A stretch of 64,000 nt of DNA, taken from positions 1,612,001-1,676,000 of the forward strand of contig MU058000.1 of assembly GCA_013265495.1 (NCBI GenBank), given 5' to 3'. The notes beneath the pieces were generated by a model. That model did no database searches and was not told the DNA's origin. It saw only the letters and a list, made by a program, of their open reading frames with translations. Numbering within the stretch: the first letter of the stretch is position 1; the number at the start of each line of letters is the position of its first letter. This document shows positions 51,065 through 63,279 of the stretch, piece after piece. Source of the stretch: Vicugna vicugna (taxonomy: Eukaryota). The position numbers were made by a program, and so were the translations under genes.

Positions 51065-51665
51065 AACCCATTACTGAAGACTTGCTATGTGCTTGACCCT
51101 GTTTTATGTAAATACTATTAATATCCTTAAAATAAGTACTAGAATAACCCCATTTTACAGATGATGTAGATATTTAGAAAAGCCGAAGAGTATTGCTAAG
51201 ATTATACCCTAGAAAATGGTATAAATCTAAAGAATGACACAATCTGGTTAATTCAACATCTTGCATAATAGTTATCAATACACACTTTTCATGGATTTTA
51301 ATACTCAGATGTTTTAGACTTACTGTAAAAGCACTCAACACCATAATTAGATTTGTAATTATATACTTATTGATAGAAGATCCATAAGAAAGAATGTCTC
51401 AGATTTTTGATGCTTACTGGTCATTAATATTTTGAATTTCCACAATGTAACTGAGTTTGGATGTTGGAACCAGAGGAGATTATGAGTCTCAACTGCACCT
51501 CTGTTAGCTTTGGAACATTAATTAATCTCTCTGAATAAGTTTCTCCTCTTTCAAGTAAGCATAATGAAAATACCCACATCTCATTCTTGTAAGAATTTAA
51601 AAAGAAATGTAATTAGAATGACCTTTGTAAAGTGTAAAGTGCATATAGTTACAAATTATTATCAT
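51065..51665. mobile_element. Two MIR fragments (51065-51260 minus; 51465-51665 plus)
   Basis: 'ccccattttacagatga'; 'aatctctctgaataagtttctcctct...tgtaaagtg'. Confidence 0.6.
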
Positions 51666-51724
51666 AGACAAAAAAATACACATATGCTATATAATGGGAT
51701 TGTAGTTTTCTTGTAGTAGGTTTC

Positions 51725-51840
51725 AAGCATGGTAATCATTTTGTGGTATATACATGTATCAAATCATCACCGTGCTTAATTTATATTTACATATGTTACA
51801 TGTCAATAATATCTCAATAAAGCCAGAAAAAAAAATAAAA
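51725..51840 (+). mobile_element. L1MA/MB 3'-terminal fragment
   Basis: 'atatacatgtatcaaatcatcac...atgtcaataatatctcaataaagccagaaaaaaaa'. Confidence 0.8.
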
Positions 51841-52559
51841 TGAACTGGGAGACATAAATTGACTGGTACATCCTGGGCCATATTGCCACCACTGGGTGTA
51901 ACCACAATGGACACCCAACTCGTTGGCCAGGGGCAGTATGGATGCTGGGCAGACTAGCACTACAGTAAATTAGTTACCACTGGGAAACTAATTAATATGC
52001 ATGTATCCTAAAGGAATGTTAGACAAAAGCCAGAAAAAATTAACACATGAAGCCTGGGATAATCAAATTTAAGAATTAGTAAAGAAGCACAATAAAAAAT
52101 TCTCAGAAATTTTGTGAACAAATCTGCTTTGAAAAAATTCTTGGAAGCAGATTCAATTAAAATAAATAAATTCAGGAGAATACTGTAAGATATATGGAAT
52201 TAAGGACAATAAAATAACTAAAGAAAGCTTATTGTTTGAAAAGTCAAGGATAAAATAAAAGAAAAAAATCACCATGAAAACATCCAAAACTGGATCTCTA
52301 AGCAATATCAACGCAAGCTTAAGTAAGTGGGTGGGGAAAAGGGATGCCATACTAAATTAAAGTACAAGTCTTATTAGGAACAACATAGTCATTGATTAAT
52401 AGAAGAAGTCAAGATGGTTTAATAAATGTGATTATGAGTCTTAAGTAAATAGCACTTAACAGAAGAAATAGAAAATATAATTTTTTACATTAGTAGAAAA
52501 AGAATATAAGCAAATGAAAGAAAGAAAAATTATAAAAAATTAAATACAAGAAATTGAAC

Positions 52560-53160
52560 TCATAAAATAAGATGGCAAAGGATTTCTAATATGTCAGTAA
52601 CCAGTAAATATAAAGTTCACGTTAACTAATAAACATCAGAGAATATTAATTTGATTTAAAATAGGATCTAAGAAATCTTATTTGCAAAAATAAATTCCAT
52701 CAGAAGGAAAAAAAAAATTATACCAGGCAATTAGGGTAAGGAAGTAAGAAAGATGGAAAAAACAAGAAAGGAAAGGAGGCAGGAGGAAGAAGAAAGAAGG
52801 GAAAGAAAGAGCAAAAAAGAATGAAAGAGAGGAATAAGGAAATTTTAGTAGCATTTTTATATCAGGTAAAAAAGAATGCAAGGCAAAAAATACTATGAGA
52901 AACAACAGAGATGGCAATATTCTGCTAAATGGAAATAAAACAAAAATATATAACCCTCCAGCCTATATATAAACCCAAAATGGAGCATTGAATGGATAGT
53001 AGCCAGAATTGAAAAGAAAACTCTACAATTGGGTCTAGAAATTCTAGAACCTTTCCCTAATGAAGTCATATATCAAGCAGAAAAACAGAGCTTAACAGAG
53101 TCTAATACTAAATAAGTTACTAACCTGATAAAGATTATACATCTATAAAGATTACTTAAA
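52560..53160 (+). mobile_element. Degraded L1M ORF2 endonuclease-region relic
   Basis: 'ttataccaggcaa', 'tagcatttttatatcaggtaaaaaagaatgcaaggcaaaaa'. Confidence 0.55.
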
Positions 53161-53244
53161 AACAATGCAAATAGACTGTATGCTGGATAGATGGAAATGC
53201 ATTCCATGTTCCTGAGTGAAACAGCTTGTTAGCATCTTTCATTT

Positions 53245-53400
53245 TCTCCCAGGTTAATCCGTACGTTTGATGAAATGTGGAAATAAATGAGCCAACCCAA
53301 CGGAAACAGGCAAAGGGCACTTTTGCAGAGCTTGCTATACCAAGGGAGTCAGCCACGATCACTCGCATTTTCTCAGGGACTGAAAACATGAAACTCTGAG
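53245..53400 (-). mobile_element. ERV1-class LTR fragment
   Basis: 'aaatgtggaaataaatgag...cagagcttgctataccaagggagtcagccacgatcactcgc' resembles an ERV1 LTR terminus. Confidence 0.5.
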
Positions 53401-53908
53401 AATTTTTCTCTAGCAAGAGGGATTGTTACTTAGGTGGGAGTCAGAAAGGAGAGTAGTTCATGTAGTTGAGATTCAATTATAAATGGTTTTGGATGCCATC
53501 ATCATGGATCTAACTCTCACCAGAAGAAAATGTAGGAAGTATCTCAGGTTTTATGCAGAGTGACAGGATCTACTCTGCGTTTTGAACAATAACCCTGGCA
53601 ATAAACCTTTCTAGGCTGAGAATTAGAGCATAAATTTGGGCAGAGGGTCAAAAAAGTACATTTCATCTCTGGAGTGAAATAGACTCCTATTATTCCTCCA
53701 CTCACCCCAAATACTCATTAACACATTCCTTTTCAAATTGTGTGTTTTGAAATCTATTCATGTCTTACGGACAGATTCCAAATTCTAAATATTTGCCAAA
53801 CCACCCAACCTACCCAATATGAGTATCACTTGTTTATTTGATATTTTTTATTGATTTTAAAAAACTTCAATCAAGAATTAAGTTGTTTGCAACCTAATTA
53901 AGTTGACG

Positions 53909-54434
53909 GCAACCTGGACGTTCGTTGACAGATGACAGGATGAGGAAGTTGTGGTATGTTTATCCAAAGGATACTACTCAGCTACGGAGGAGAATGGGAT
54001 GATGATGTTCGGGGCAACATGGATGAACCTGGAGATTGTCACTCTGGGTGGAGTGAGCAGGAGGGAGGGAGAGGAGTGCCATGTGATGTCACTTGTGTGT
54101 GGAATCTAGAAAACAGACGAGTGAACTTCTTTGCAGGGCGGGGGCAGACTCCCAGACATAGAGGACGGGGCTTGTGGTTGCTGGTGGGGAGGGTTGGGAA
54201 GGGGGGAAGTGGGAAGGAATGGATTGGGAGTTGGGGATTTGCAGATGCTAACTAATACCTGTAAAGTTGATGGTTGGCGAGTTCATGCTGCGAAGCACAG
54301 GCAGCTGTGTTCGGTATCTTAGGGTAACCTATGGTGAAGAGGAGTATGGGAACCAATATATGTATATTCACGTGGACTGGAGCATTGTGCTGTGCACCGG
54401 AGATTGAGTTGTGAACTGACTATACTTCAATAAA

Positions 54435-54435
<1 letters not shown>
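53909..54435 (+). mobile_element. 5'-truncated L1 3' end, same family as 7833-9112, A-to-G hypermutated
   Basis: Colinear with the reverse complement of 7861-8325, ending identically in aactgactatacttcaataaaa; differences are dominated by A>G. Confidence 0.95.

Positions 54436-54472
<37 letters not shown>
54436..54472 (+). repeat. (CA)n microsatellite at the L1 tail
   Basis: Seen directly; follows the L1 AATAAA. Confidence 0.95.
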
Positions 54473-54475
<3 letters not shown>

Positions 54476-55429
54476 GAAAACGAATAGGTTCTTGTGTTTG
54501 TTTTACAAACCCATTTTACCTTGAGGATGGCAAGGAGAAAGTTAAAGTCCTATGGCTCTCTGGCAAATGGTTTTATTCCTCTTCTTCTAATTTCTGCGTT
54601 TTGCATTAAAAAATAAACAGAAGGAGAGGCAGGAAGAGGAAGAACGAAGAGATCAATGGCTCAAGATTTTGAAAGACTATCTTGAACCTGTGAAATCTGA
54701 CAAAGTGTGTTGAAGTAGAAAAACTGAGATACATTATTTTTTATGCCATTTTATTTTGTGGTATGTCTAAACGTCCTGGAAGTTTTTTGTTGTTGTTGTT
54801 ATATATAAGTTCGGCAAGATTTTTCCTTTTTTCAGTTTCTCTTTCTTTTTAGAAAGAATGTACAATATTTTTACTTCAGTGTCCTCCCCCACATTCACCT
54901 CTAGTTAGCTTATTATTCAGATTTAGGCTGTGATTTGTTTCCAACTAGTCTGCCGCAGAATTTTTTAGAATAGTTTTGAATAAGAACGTCATCAATAAGA
55001 ACAAATAAACATACACGTTACAGGCACTGTTCCAGGAACTTCTGGTGCAGTTTATTTCACCGTTCAATATATCAGTATTACTAGATTATAAAGATACCAT
55101 ATAGTAGACAGGTTATGGTACAAAATACGGATTATTTACTGCCACAATTACTGTGTGTTTTTATTAAAGTAAGTTTCTTTTGGAAATGTTGGGAAATTCT
55201 TAAGATATAAAGCCATTATGAATAATTTATTCCTTCCTCTCTGTCAACACCTTTTGCATAAATCATTGCTGTCTTCGTTTGATGTGTTCATATATCTTAC
55301 AAAGTAAAATTTTATTTCACTTACCAATATCACAGACATTTTCTCATATTATTTAAAAAAAAACCCTTAAAAGCATGCTTTTTATGGATACAAATTATTC
55401 TTTAATAATGGATGCTCTTGTTTGAAAAG

Positions 55430-55690
55430 CTCTATAGCATAGAAGTTATGAACCTGAGCTTCCACCTGAGCTTTAATCACTGCTTCACTATCATTAACAT
55501 GTGAAATTTAGCAAATTCATTAATTGACTTCTCACTCTCTAAGTTTCCACGCACAAAAACTAGTAATAAGAACAATACTTACTCCGTAGGGTTGTTTTCC
55601 TAATTAGATGGCTTCATATGTGTAGTGCGATTTAAACAATGCTTGGAATGTGATATATACTATATAAATAGTAGATACCATTCTTATCAT
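55430..55690 (+). mobile_element. MIR nested in degraded minus-strand L1M sequence
   Basis: 'aacaatacttactccgtagggttgtt...atgtgtagtgcgatttaaacaatgcttggaatgtgata'. Confidence 0.65.
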
Positions 55691-56129
55691 TTATTTTTAA
55701 AATCCCATATTGTGAGATAGTTGAATTGTTTCCATCTTTATGAACTTTTGAGTAATGATACACTTAACAAATTTGAATATAAATCTTTGTAAGAATATCA
55801 CAGCCAAATGATTTGTGATTTTGATATATAATGTAAAATTGCCTTCTAGAAAAGTTATAAAATTTATCTACCATCTGTCAACTTAGAAGAGACAGTTTGA
55901 TAAGGATTAAGAGACCCCATAATTAAGCAGAATGCATTTTATTGGTAGAATAAATAGATGTGTATTTGTTTTATTGGTAATTCATATTTTTTATTTTCAA
56001 AACTGCCTAGTTATATCTTTAATTTTTTTCTTTTAGACATATTTTTATGGTTTTAATGTTCTACAGATGATAATGGTTAACTTGTCTTATTTATTGTAAA
56101 ATATCCAGTTTTGGTTTATATCTGAATAT

Positions 56130-56420
56130 CATGAGTGGAAATTATCTGTCTCATTTATGTTTTTTGCTTGTATATACTTCTTAATTTTAATATTATTTTC
56201 CTGATTTACATACTTTCCTGGCATATTTGTGATTATCACCTCATTTTGGTTTCTCTGTATCTTCTGTTTTAGACTACCTCTTGAAAGTACCATAAATTTA
56301 GACTTTGTTTCTGGTCCAGTCTGTCTTCTAATAGTAAAATTTAATCCATTCATATTTATTGCTTTAATTGGTACATTTGCTCTTGAATCAGCCATTTTTC
56401 TTTGTGTTAATGTTGTATAC
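56130..56420 (-). mobile_element. L1M ORF2 N-terminal (endonuclease) relic
   Basis: ORF 56129-56395 contains IKAINMNGLNFTIRRQ, similar to L1 ORF2 ITLNVNGLNxPIKR. Confidence 0.7.
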
Positions 56421-57789
56421 CTTACTGTTTCTTCCTATCCTCTTAATTTTGATAACTATGAATAATGTCTTCCTTTTTTTTTTCTTTTTTTCTCTGTCAG
56501 AAATCATACCAGTTAGTATAATGGTTTTATTAGTTAAATTTATTTTTATGTAATTTCAAAGTCAATACTGAAACCTTATCAGATTTCTGGTTCAAAATAG
56601 TGTTTGGCTAAAGCCTTTGCTGGGACTTCTTTAGTTTCTCACTAAAATACATATACAAACTGAAAACAATCCTTGCTAGACAAATGGATTCTAGAATATT
56701 TGAAGAATGCCCACTACCTATAAGTATGATCTGTGTGCCATGAATGTAACTTAAGAAACAGATTGCTAGAGAAAAAGGAAACTGGAAACATTATGTATCT
56801 CCTTCCATGTCTGACTGAGCAGAAGCTCAGACTCTGAGCCACTGGGAAAATTAGAGAGCTGCTTACTGAAAATAGGGGAAAATATGGTAGGTATAAGCAG
56901 AGAGAGTGTTGCTTCTCTAGAAGAGAAAGAGCAGATAAAAAAGAAATGATCATTTACAAAAAGAGAATAAAACAAAACAAAACAACTTTAGCCAACAGGA
57001 CAGAGATATTGCAGGAACACAGAACAGCAGGAGTAGAGCTGTCACCCTTCTAGGCCCTGGGGTTTGATCACCAGAAATTAAAGGAGAGAATGTTGGATAA
57101 AGCATAGACAGGTACAGCTTTACATTGTTCTTGACAAATGTTTATTGTGGGTGTAAATTATAATAGTAGTCAATACCAACAATTACTAAAAGCTATTCAT
57201 TCTCACATGCAAAACTGGCTTGAAAACGCCACATTCCCAATTTATCAAGGTGGAAATAGTAAATATTTTTATCACAACACATTTTAAGTTACTTGGCTTC
57301 TCAGCTAAGGAGTAAATGCGTTCACTTGAAAAAATATGTATTATATTCTGGCTCCAAAGTGATGGAACCATAGAACAGATTAAAAGTGAACAAGTTAGCA
57401 GGGATCAGAGCTCTGAATTTGAGGTAATGTATGCATTTTTATAGGTGCAAAAATATCTAGTTGCAGTGCTTTATTGAGCTGGCATTTCCGATCAATGTTG
57501 CATATACAGCATCAGTGTATGCCATTAAGGCCAGTCAGAGTTGTGTAGGATTATTAAATACTGTACAGCGGATATTTGTAGGGGGAAAGGAGGAGGAAGG
57601 AAACACCTCTTTTGAAACCTCTGAATTTCCAAACTTCAGCAAGTATGTATTTCTCATAGTTAATCCTCAGAGTCTTTCGTTGGGAGATAGTCAACCTCAG
57701 ATCTTCCCATATTGACTTGCTAATTCCCATATTGAATCTTGCAGGGAAAAATGGATGATGGTGATTATGATGAAGATGATAATAAAACC

Positions 57790-58010
57790 CACCATTTAAG
57801 GAGACATATATGTGCCTACTTTTGTGATAAGTTATTTATACATACCACTGAATTAGACTTTCCAACAGTGCTATTCATGTCTCCAATTCACAGGTGAAGA
57901 AACTGCTTGTGAGAGAAAGTAATTCACAATGACATGGTTATAAAGAGTTGTAATTGCGGATTAATATAACTAGTTGACTCCAAATACCAGGATCTCAACT
58001 TTTTAGCTAC
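57790..58010 (-). mobile_element. MIR
   Basis: 'ctccaattcacaggtgaagaaactg', 'gactccaaa'. Confidence 0.65.
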
Positions 58011-58699
58011 AGTGCCCTTGGGCATTACATCTTACAGCCAGTGTATATCATATTGCCAGTTGATGCCACCTATTTTTTATCTCTAAGTTTTGGTTGCATT
58101 TCCAGAGAGGATAGTGCTATTGGCTAAAGTGTGCCTCCTCCAATTCCCCAGAAAGACATTTTAGTTAAAATGTCTCCAGTAAAATCTCCAGTCTACTGCT
58201 ATTAAGAGGTAGATCTTTCACCAGATAGGTTTCCTTTCATTGTCTTTTCCTAGAGAGTATCATTGCATTTCTCTTCTGTTGCACTGAATCAGTCTTTTTT
58301 TTCCAATTCTTTAAGGAAGACAGAAATATTCCTAATGGTAAACTATTGGGAAAAAAATCTGTGTTCTATCAATGACATCTCATTTGTATTTAAGCTGCAA
58401 AATAGCTTATTTACTAGAGCATGAACCTGATTTGTCAATGCTTTTGTATTTCCCCACCTTCTTTCTGGCCTCCACACATGAGTTAAAAATAAACCTATTT
58501 AGAGTAAATTATTTGTATTTTAGTAGGAAAGTCTGAAAAATTGTTCTGCAGCTCAAGAGACTATAACTAGGAATGAGTATCTGGGGCCCCTAGAGGGATG
58601 GCAAAAGGGCCAATGTGGAGCAAAAGAATGACCCCATCGCATAAGCAACCACCTGCTGTTAATCTGTGGATTACTGAACTGATTGAGAGAGGGGGGAAA

Positions 58700-58880
58700 A
58701 GCCAGTCAACGCTGGAGACTCGGTGACCTGGCACCGTGATTCAGCTGAGCTACTTTTGATTTAGGGCACAATGATTAAACTTCCTAAGCCTCAATTTCTT
58801 CACCCCTAAATAAAGGGTAATAATACATACAGAGTGTGGGAGAATTAGATGTAATGAATGAAAAGTACCTAGCACAGATC
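58700..58880 (+). mobile_element. MIR
   Basis: 'aacttcctaagcctcaatttcttca...agggtaataatac...aaagtacctagcacag'. Confidence 0.75.
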
Positions 58881-60147
58881 CTCTGATTTCAACGCACATC
58901 TTAGAATTAATCTTTTATTCCTTTTCTTATCCTTCTTCTTTTCTTTCTCCTCTTCTGTTTCTTCTGGGCCTTCTTCTTCTTAATATTATTATATAAACTT
59001 TATAAATAAACAATGCCATGGTATTGACACAGGCCTGACTTCTCTGCAACACAGTGGTCTACACTATCCATCCCTATATAGTGTAGTGACACAAACCAAA
59101 TCATAACTGAACCAAAGATGTTATTTTGGTGATGTGGTATTGGAAGCAGGTTAGTTAATCATGGCATTGCCAAAGTTCAAATTTCACATCCATTCTACAA
59201 CATTAGCTATAGCCATTATAGAGTTTGTCTTATGAGACTCAACAACTGACGTATACTCGTATTAAACCTTTATAGTTATAAACAATAGCTAGGAATATAA
59301 AGATACATACTTGTTCATATATTACATACACACATACATAAAACAACTGAATATGATGTATATATGTTTATCCCTTATCAATCATTCAAAGTAAACTATG
59401 ATTACTTTAGAATGACATATGTATAAATTGAAACTTTTGTCATTTATTTATATATATATGATATTTTACTTGATAAATGGAACACATTTACAGTTGTTCT
59501 GACTTTTCTGTGAGCCATGTAAATTCAGTTTGCTATGAGCTCCTTCTATATAACCATATGAATTATTATATTCATTCTAGAAAATCCTACAGTTAACATA
59601 TCTACAGATCCTTTTTTATATATTTGTCTTCAATTCTACTTTCCTTTAAGATTTATAACTCCATATACTTTCTACCAGTTTAAAGATTAGTAGAGAGAAG
59701 CCAAGAATAAATCTGTGCACAAACTTTGGTCTTATGTCAAATCTTGGCCATTATAAATAATATTATGGTCCCTTCTGGTCTTCCTGAAAACATCTCTGAC
59801 AAAGACTTACAGGGTCTTGCACTTCTTACTGTAATCATACCAAGTTCAGGATTTCAACTGTTTGTGGTACCTTAGTTTGATCAGTGTCTTTGGGTTGAGC
59901 CAAGCTAACCAAACATAAGAGATTACTAAGATAATAGAATTCTATTATATTAATAAATACATCAAAGCACCATAATATTTTACTGGCTGACCAATGCACT
60001 TTCATTCCTCTGAAAAAAACTAATTAACTCACTAGTACATAATGAAATCATTGTTTATTGAGCATCATTTAGATCAAAGAATTAGTTAAATAACTTTGAT
60101 GATTAAAATCCTAAAATTCTGATACATCTATCTCTACTCTTAAGTAC

Positions 60148-60602
60148 TGTATTCTTTTCTTAGAGCTGCTATATTAAAAAAATATCACAAACTGAGTAGC
60201 TTAAAACAAAAGGAATTTATTCTCTAACAGCTCTAGAGGACAGAAGTCTGAAATCAAAGTGTTGGCAAGGGCACACTCCCTCTGGAGGCTCTAGGGAGAA
60301 TCCTTCCTGGTCTCTTCCAGCTTCTGATGGTTGCCAGCAATCCATGGCTTCCTTGGCGTGCAGCCACATCCCTCCCATCTCTGCCTCTGTATTCATATCA
60401 CTTTTTCTGTGTTTCTGTCTTCTCTTCTATCTCTCATAAGGACACTTATTATTGGATTTAGAGCCTACTTGAATAATTCAGGGTACTCTCATCTCAAGAT
60501 TCTTAATTACATCTGCAAAGATCTTTTTTCCAAACAAAGTCACATTCACAGTTTTCAGGGACAAAACCATTATTTTTTTCAGTCACCATTCAGCCCAGTA
60601 CA
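60148..60602 (-). mobile_element. MLT1C-like MaLR LTR
   Basis: TG...CA; 'aagtctgaaatcaaagtgttggcaaggg', 'ctctagggagaatccttcctggtctcttccagcttctg', 'ttaattacatctgcaaaga'. Confidence 0.9.
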
Positions 60603-62109
60603 GACACTATCTGCTTGAGAACTGTCATGTCAATAGCTATTTGTCAGAGTGCTCTCTGCCTCTGCATTGAATGTATTGAGGATACATGAGCCATGGGCGT
60701 ATTTTTTTTTAACTTCCTCCTGATTTTAAGTAGAACCTCCTCCTTTTATGAACTAATTTAATATAGTTTAGAGATTGACAGAAGACATAATATAAAAGAA
60801 AGTAAGTGGTATGAGATGAGTTTCTAGAGGTAAATAGAGACTGGTTAATGCAGCATTTTGGAAGCCATAGGAAAAACGTGACTTTTGTTCAAAGTGCAAT
60901 GTAGCACTTAGAACTGGTGAAAGCTGTCTACATTTTACCCACATTTAACTAGGGGTATCTCCATACGTGTCTCCATACATGTCAAGGTCTAGAGTCAAGA
61001 ACACCATTTCCTCTCTACATGCAATGCTGGAAGTTTCAATACCAAACAGAGAACACCTTCCATGGAGACCAATGCAACATGGACGGAAGATACATTTACA
61101 TTTTTGTCTCCATGCCCTGCAATTCAGTTTTTCCATTCACCTTGCTAAGGTGCTAGCCGATGTTGGTTAAAGGATGGATAAATGCTCCTTGTTACAGAGA
61201 CAGAGTGAGGGAACTGTGTCAGCATTTCCAGTTTTGCTGTTGGTCTCCTTTCCCTCACGCATCCTACATTCTACATTGTAGATCCCAGAAGGTACTGAAA
61301 CACCCTCCTTCTCCCTTTAATTTCCACTCTTTTGTGCACTTTTTTGTTTTTGTTGTTTCTATTAAACCATCATTCCCTTTCATCCTTCGGTAGCCTTTTC
61401 CCAGACCATGCCATACCAGGACCAGGTCGCCACACAATCCACTTTCCATCACTCAATCAGCTTCTAGAATCCCATCCATTCCCCAGCTAGCCGATGATTA
61501 ATTACAACACAGAGCAATGTCTCATATCTGCACCACTCCTTCATTCCTCCGCTAAATACCTAAATATTCACATTCTTGAACTTTCCTTTCACTCACCACT
61601 TCACAAAATATACTGATTTCAGTGTTCATACATAGTGTTAAGAGTTTATTTTATGTTACTGGTTAATGTTTGCACAGTTGTCTGGATCGGGCCCTCCATC
61701 TTTCCACACAAATGAACAGACATTCCACAGTACGTCAATGGGTTGTTTCTAATGACATGTGAACTCAGATGGAATGTGAAAATGAGCCTGCAGGAAGTTT
61801 GATCCACATGTTCCAAGAGAAGGAAGGTTTGTGCTCATACTCATAGTATTATCTGGCTATTAGCAGCATATGTTGATCAGCCCACTGTTACGGTATCCAG
61901 AATTTTATAGGAAGCGGAAGACACAGCCTCTGACATTTGGGAGTTTATATAATAAATGAGTGCACGTCACCAGCAGTAAGAAACCATGTAGAGGAAACCG
62001 GAGAGATTTGGGCATCTCTGGGAGTCATAGTGCATGAATTATCTACTGCCAGATGGATCTGAAGAGTTTTAAGGTATCAAGTATGTGTGGTGGGTGGTCA
62101 TCAGGAGGC

Positions 62110-62290
62110 AAGGAGGGAAGTTCCTGAAACTTGGCTTCAGTACTAATAACTGTATATCCCAGAGTTTCCTATTTTTCCTTTGTAAAATGAGAATACTGGT
62201 GTCTTCGCTTTCCAGGACCACTATGGGTATTAAATAAATTTGTATTTGCAAAATATCCAGGATATAGAGTAGTTGCTTATATATTAATTC
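62110..62290 (+). mobile_element. MIR
   Basis: 'tttcctttgtaaaatgagaata...ttccaggac...tattaaataaa'. Confidence 0.6.
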
Positions 62291-63053
62291 TCTGCCATCA
62301 ACACCTCAACCAGGATGTAGAATTGACGTCAATAATGTAAATTCAGCATCACAAGATTTTTGTCTTGAAGAGGGCTATATCAAAGTGGCTGTAGAAGCCA
62401 TAATTAAAAGAAAGACAAGCATCTAACAAAAAAATTGGGGAGGTACCCATGCATATGGAAATTTTACTAACTACTTTTTTTAATTAAAAAATTCATGTCA
62501 TAAATAGAACAACATAACCAAGTGAATGTATTCAAATTTAACCTTGTGATGTCTTCAGAAATAAATAATATTTCAGTTTTTATTATTTTTAAGGATGACG
62601 CCGTTTAGATGGTTTTTCTTTATTTTTGTTAATTTTAAACAAGTAAGCCAGTGATTTATTGCATATACTATTCATCAAGTTAAACACAGATATCAGGAAG
62701 ATATGTATCAACTTATTATTGTAATATTTCTACAAGCAATGCTGGTGGCTCGGCAATGTGAAATTAAATTTGTATTTTGGGGGCTATATGATCATATTTT
62801 TATGCATTTATTTTAGATTAAGCTTGCTGATTCTCCTCCTAATACTGAAATTATAAAGTCATGATACCTGAGACATGTATTTACATCTTTGTCCTGTATT
62901 AAAGAATAAAAGATTCTGGGGAATGGGGATATGAGATGCATGGAGGCAATGAGAGGTGTAAAAGAATATTATGTCCATAAAGGAAAAAAAAAACAATCTG
63001 GAGGGTTTCTTTACAAGTTAACTAAAAGAAATAAAAATGTATTTCTATTGCAC

Positions 63054-63223
63054 TTAGACTAAGATTAAGGCACAGTTACGGTACTGCAGTGTTTCTCTTT
63101 TCACCAGGTCATCGGTAGTCTTTATTAAGATGTCAGAAAATTCTGCTGTTACGCAATATGAAATTCCTACCCTATCATCTGTAAAGTAGTCTCCGTTAGT
63201 GCTACAAGTTTCTAAACCAAATC
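63054..63223 (-). CDS. Putative last coding exon (phase 1) of an unidentified minus-strand gene whose upstream exons lie beyond the window: (G)FGLETCSTNGDYFTDDRVGISYCVTAEFSDILIKTTDDLVKRETLQYRNCALILV*
   Basis: Acceptor catttcattctttCAG|GA; only one frame stays open (55 codons to TAA at 63056-63054); unique sequence with 4 CpGs; minus-strand AATAAA at 62807-62812 and 62655-62660. Protein not recognised. Confidence 0.35.
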
Positions 63224-63279
63224 CTGAAAGAATGAAATGATTGCCTTTGTGACCAGCAAGGCGTCTGTCACATAGTGGT

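Noticed and set aside
53156..53416. 86-aa minus-strand ORF
   Set aside because: Overlaps an ERV1 LTR fragment; no recognisable protein.
57705..57742. Small imperfect tandem duplications (also ~27110-27150, ~55452-55474, ~60955-60983)
   Set aside because: Ordinary two-copy slippage events.
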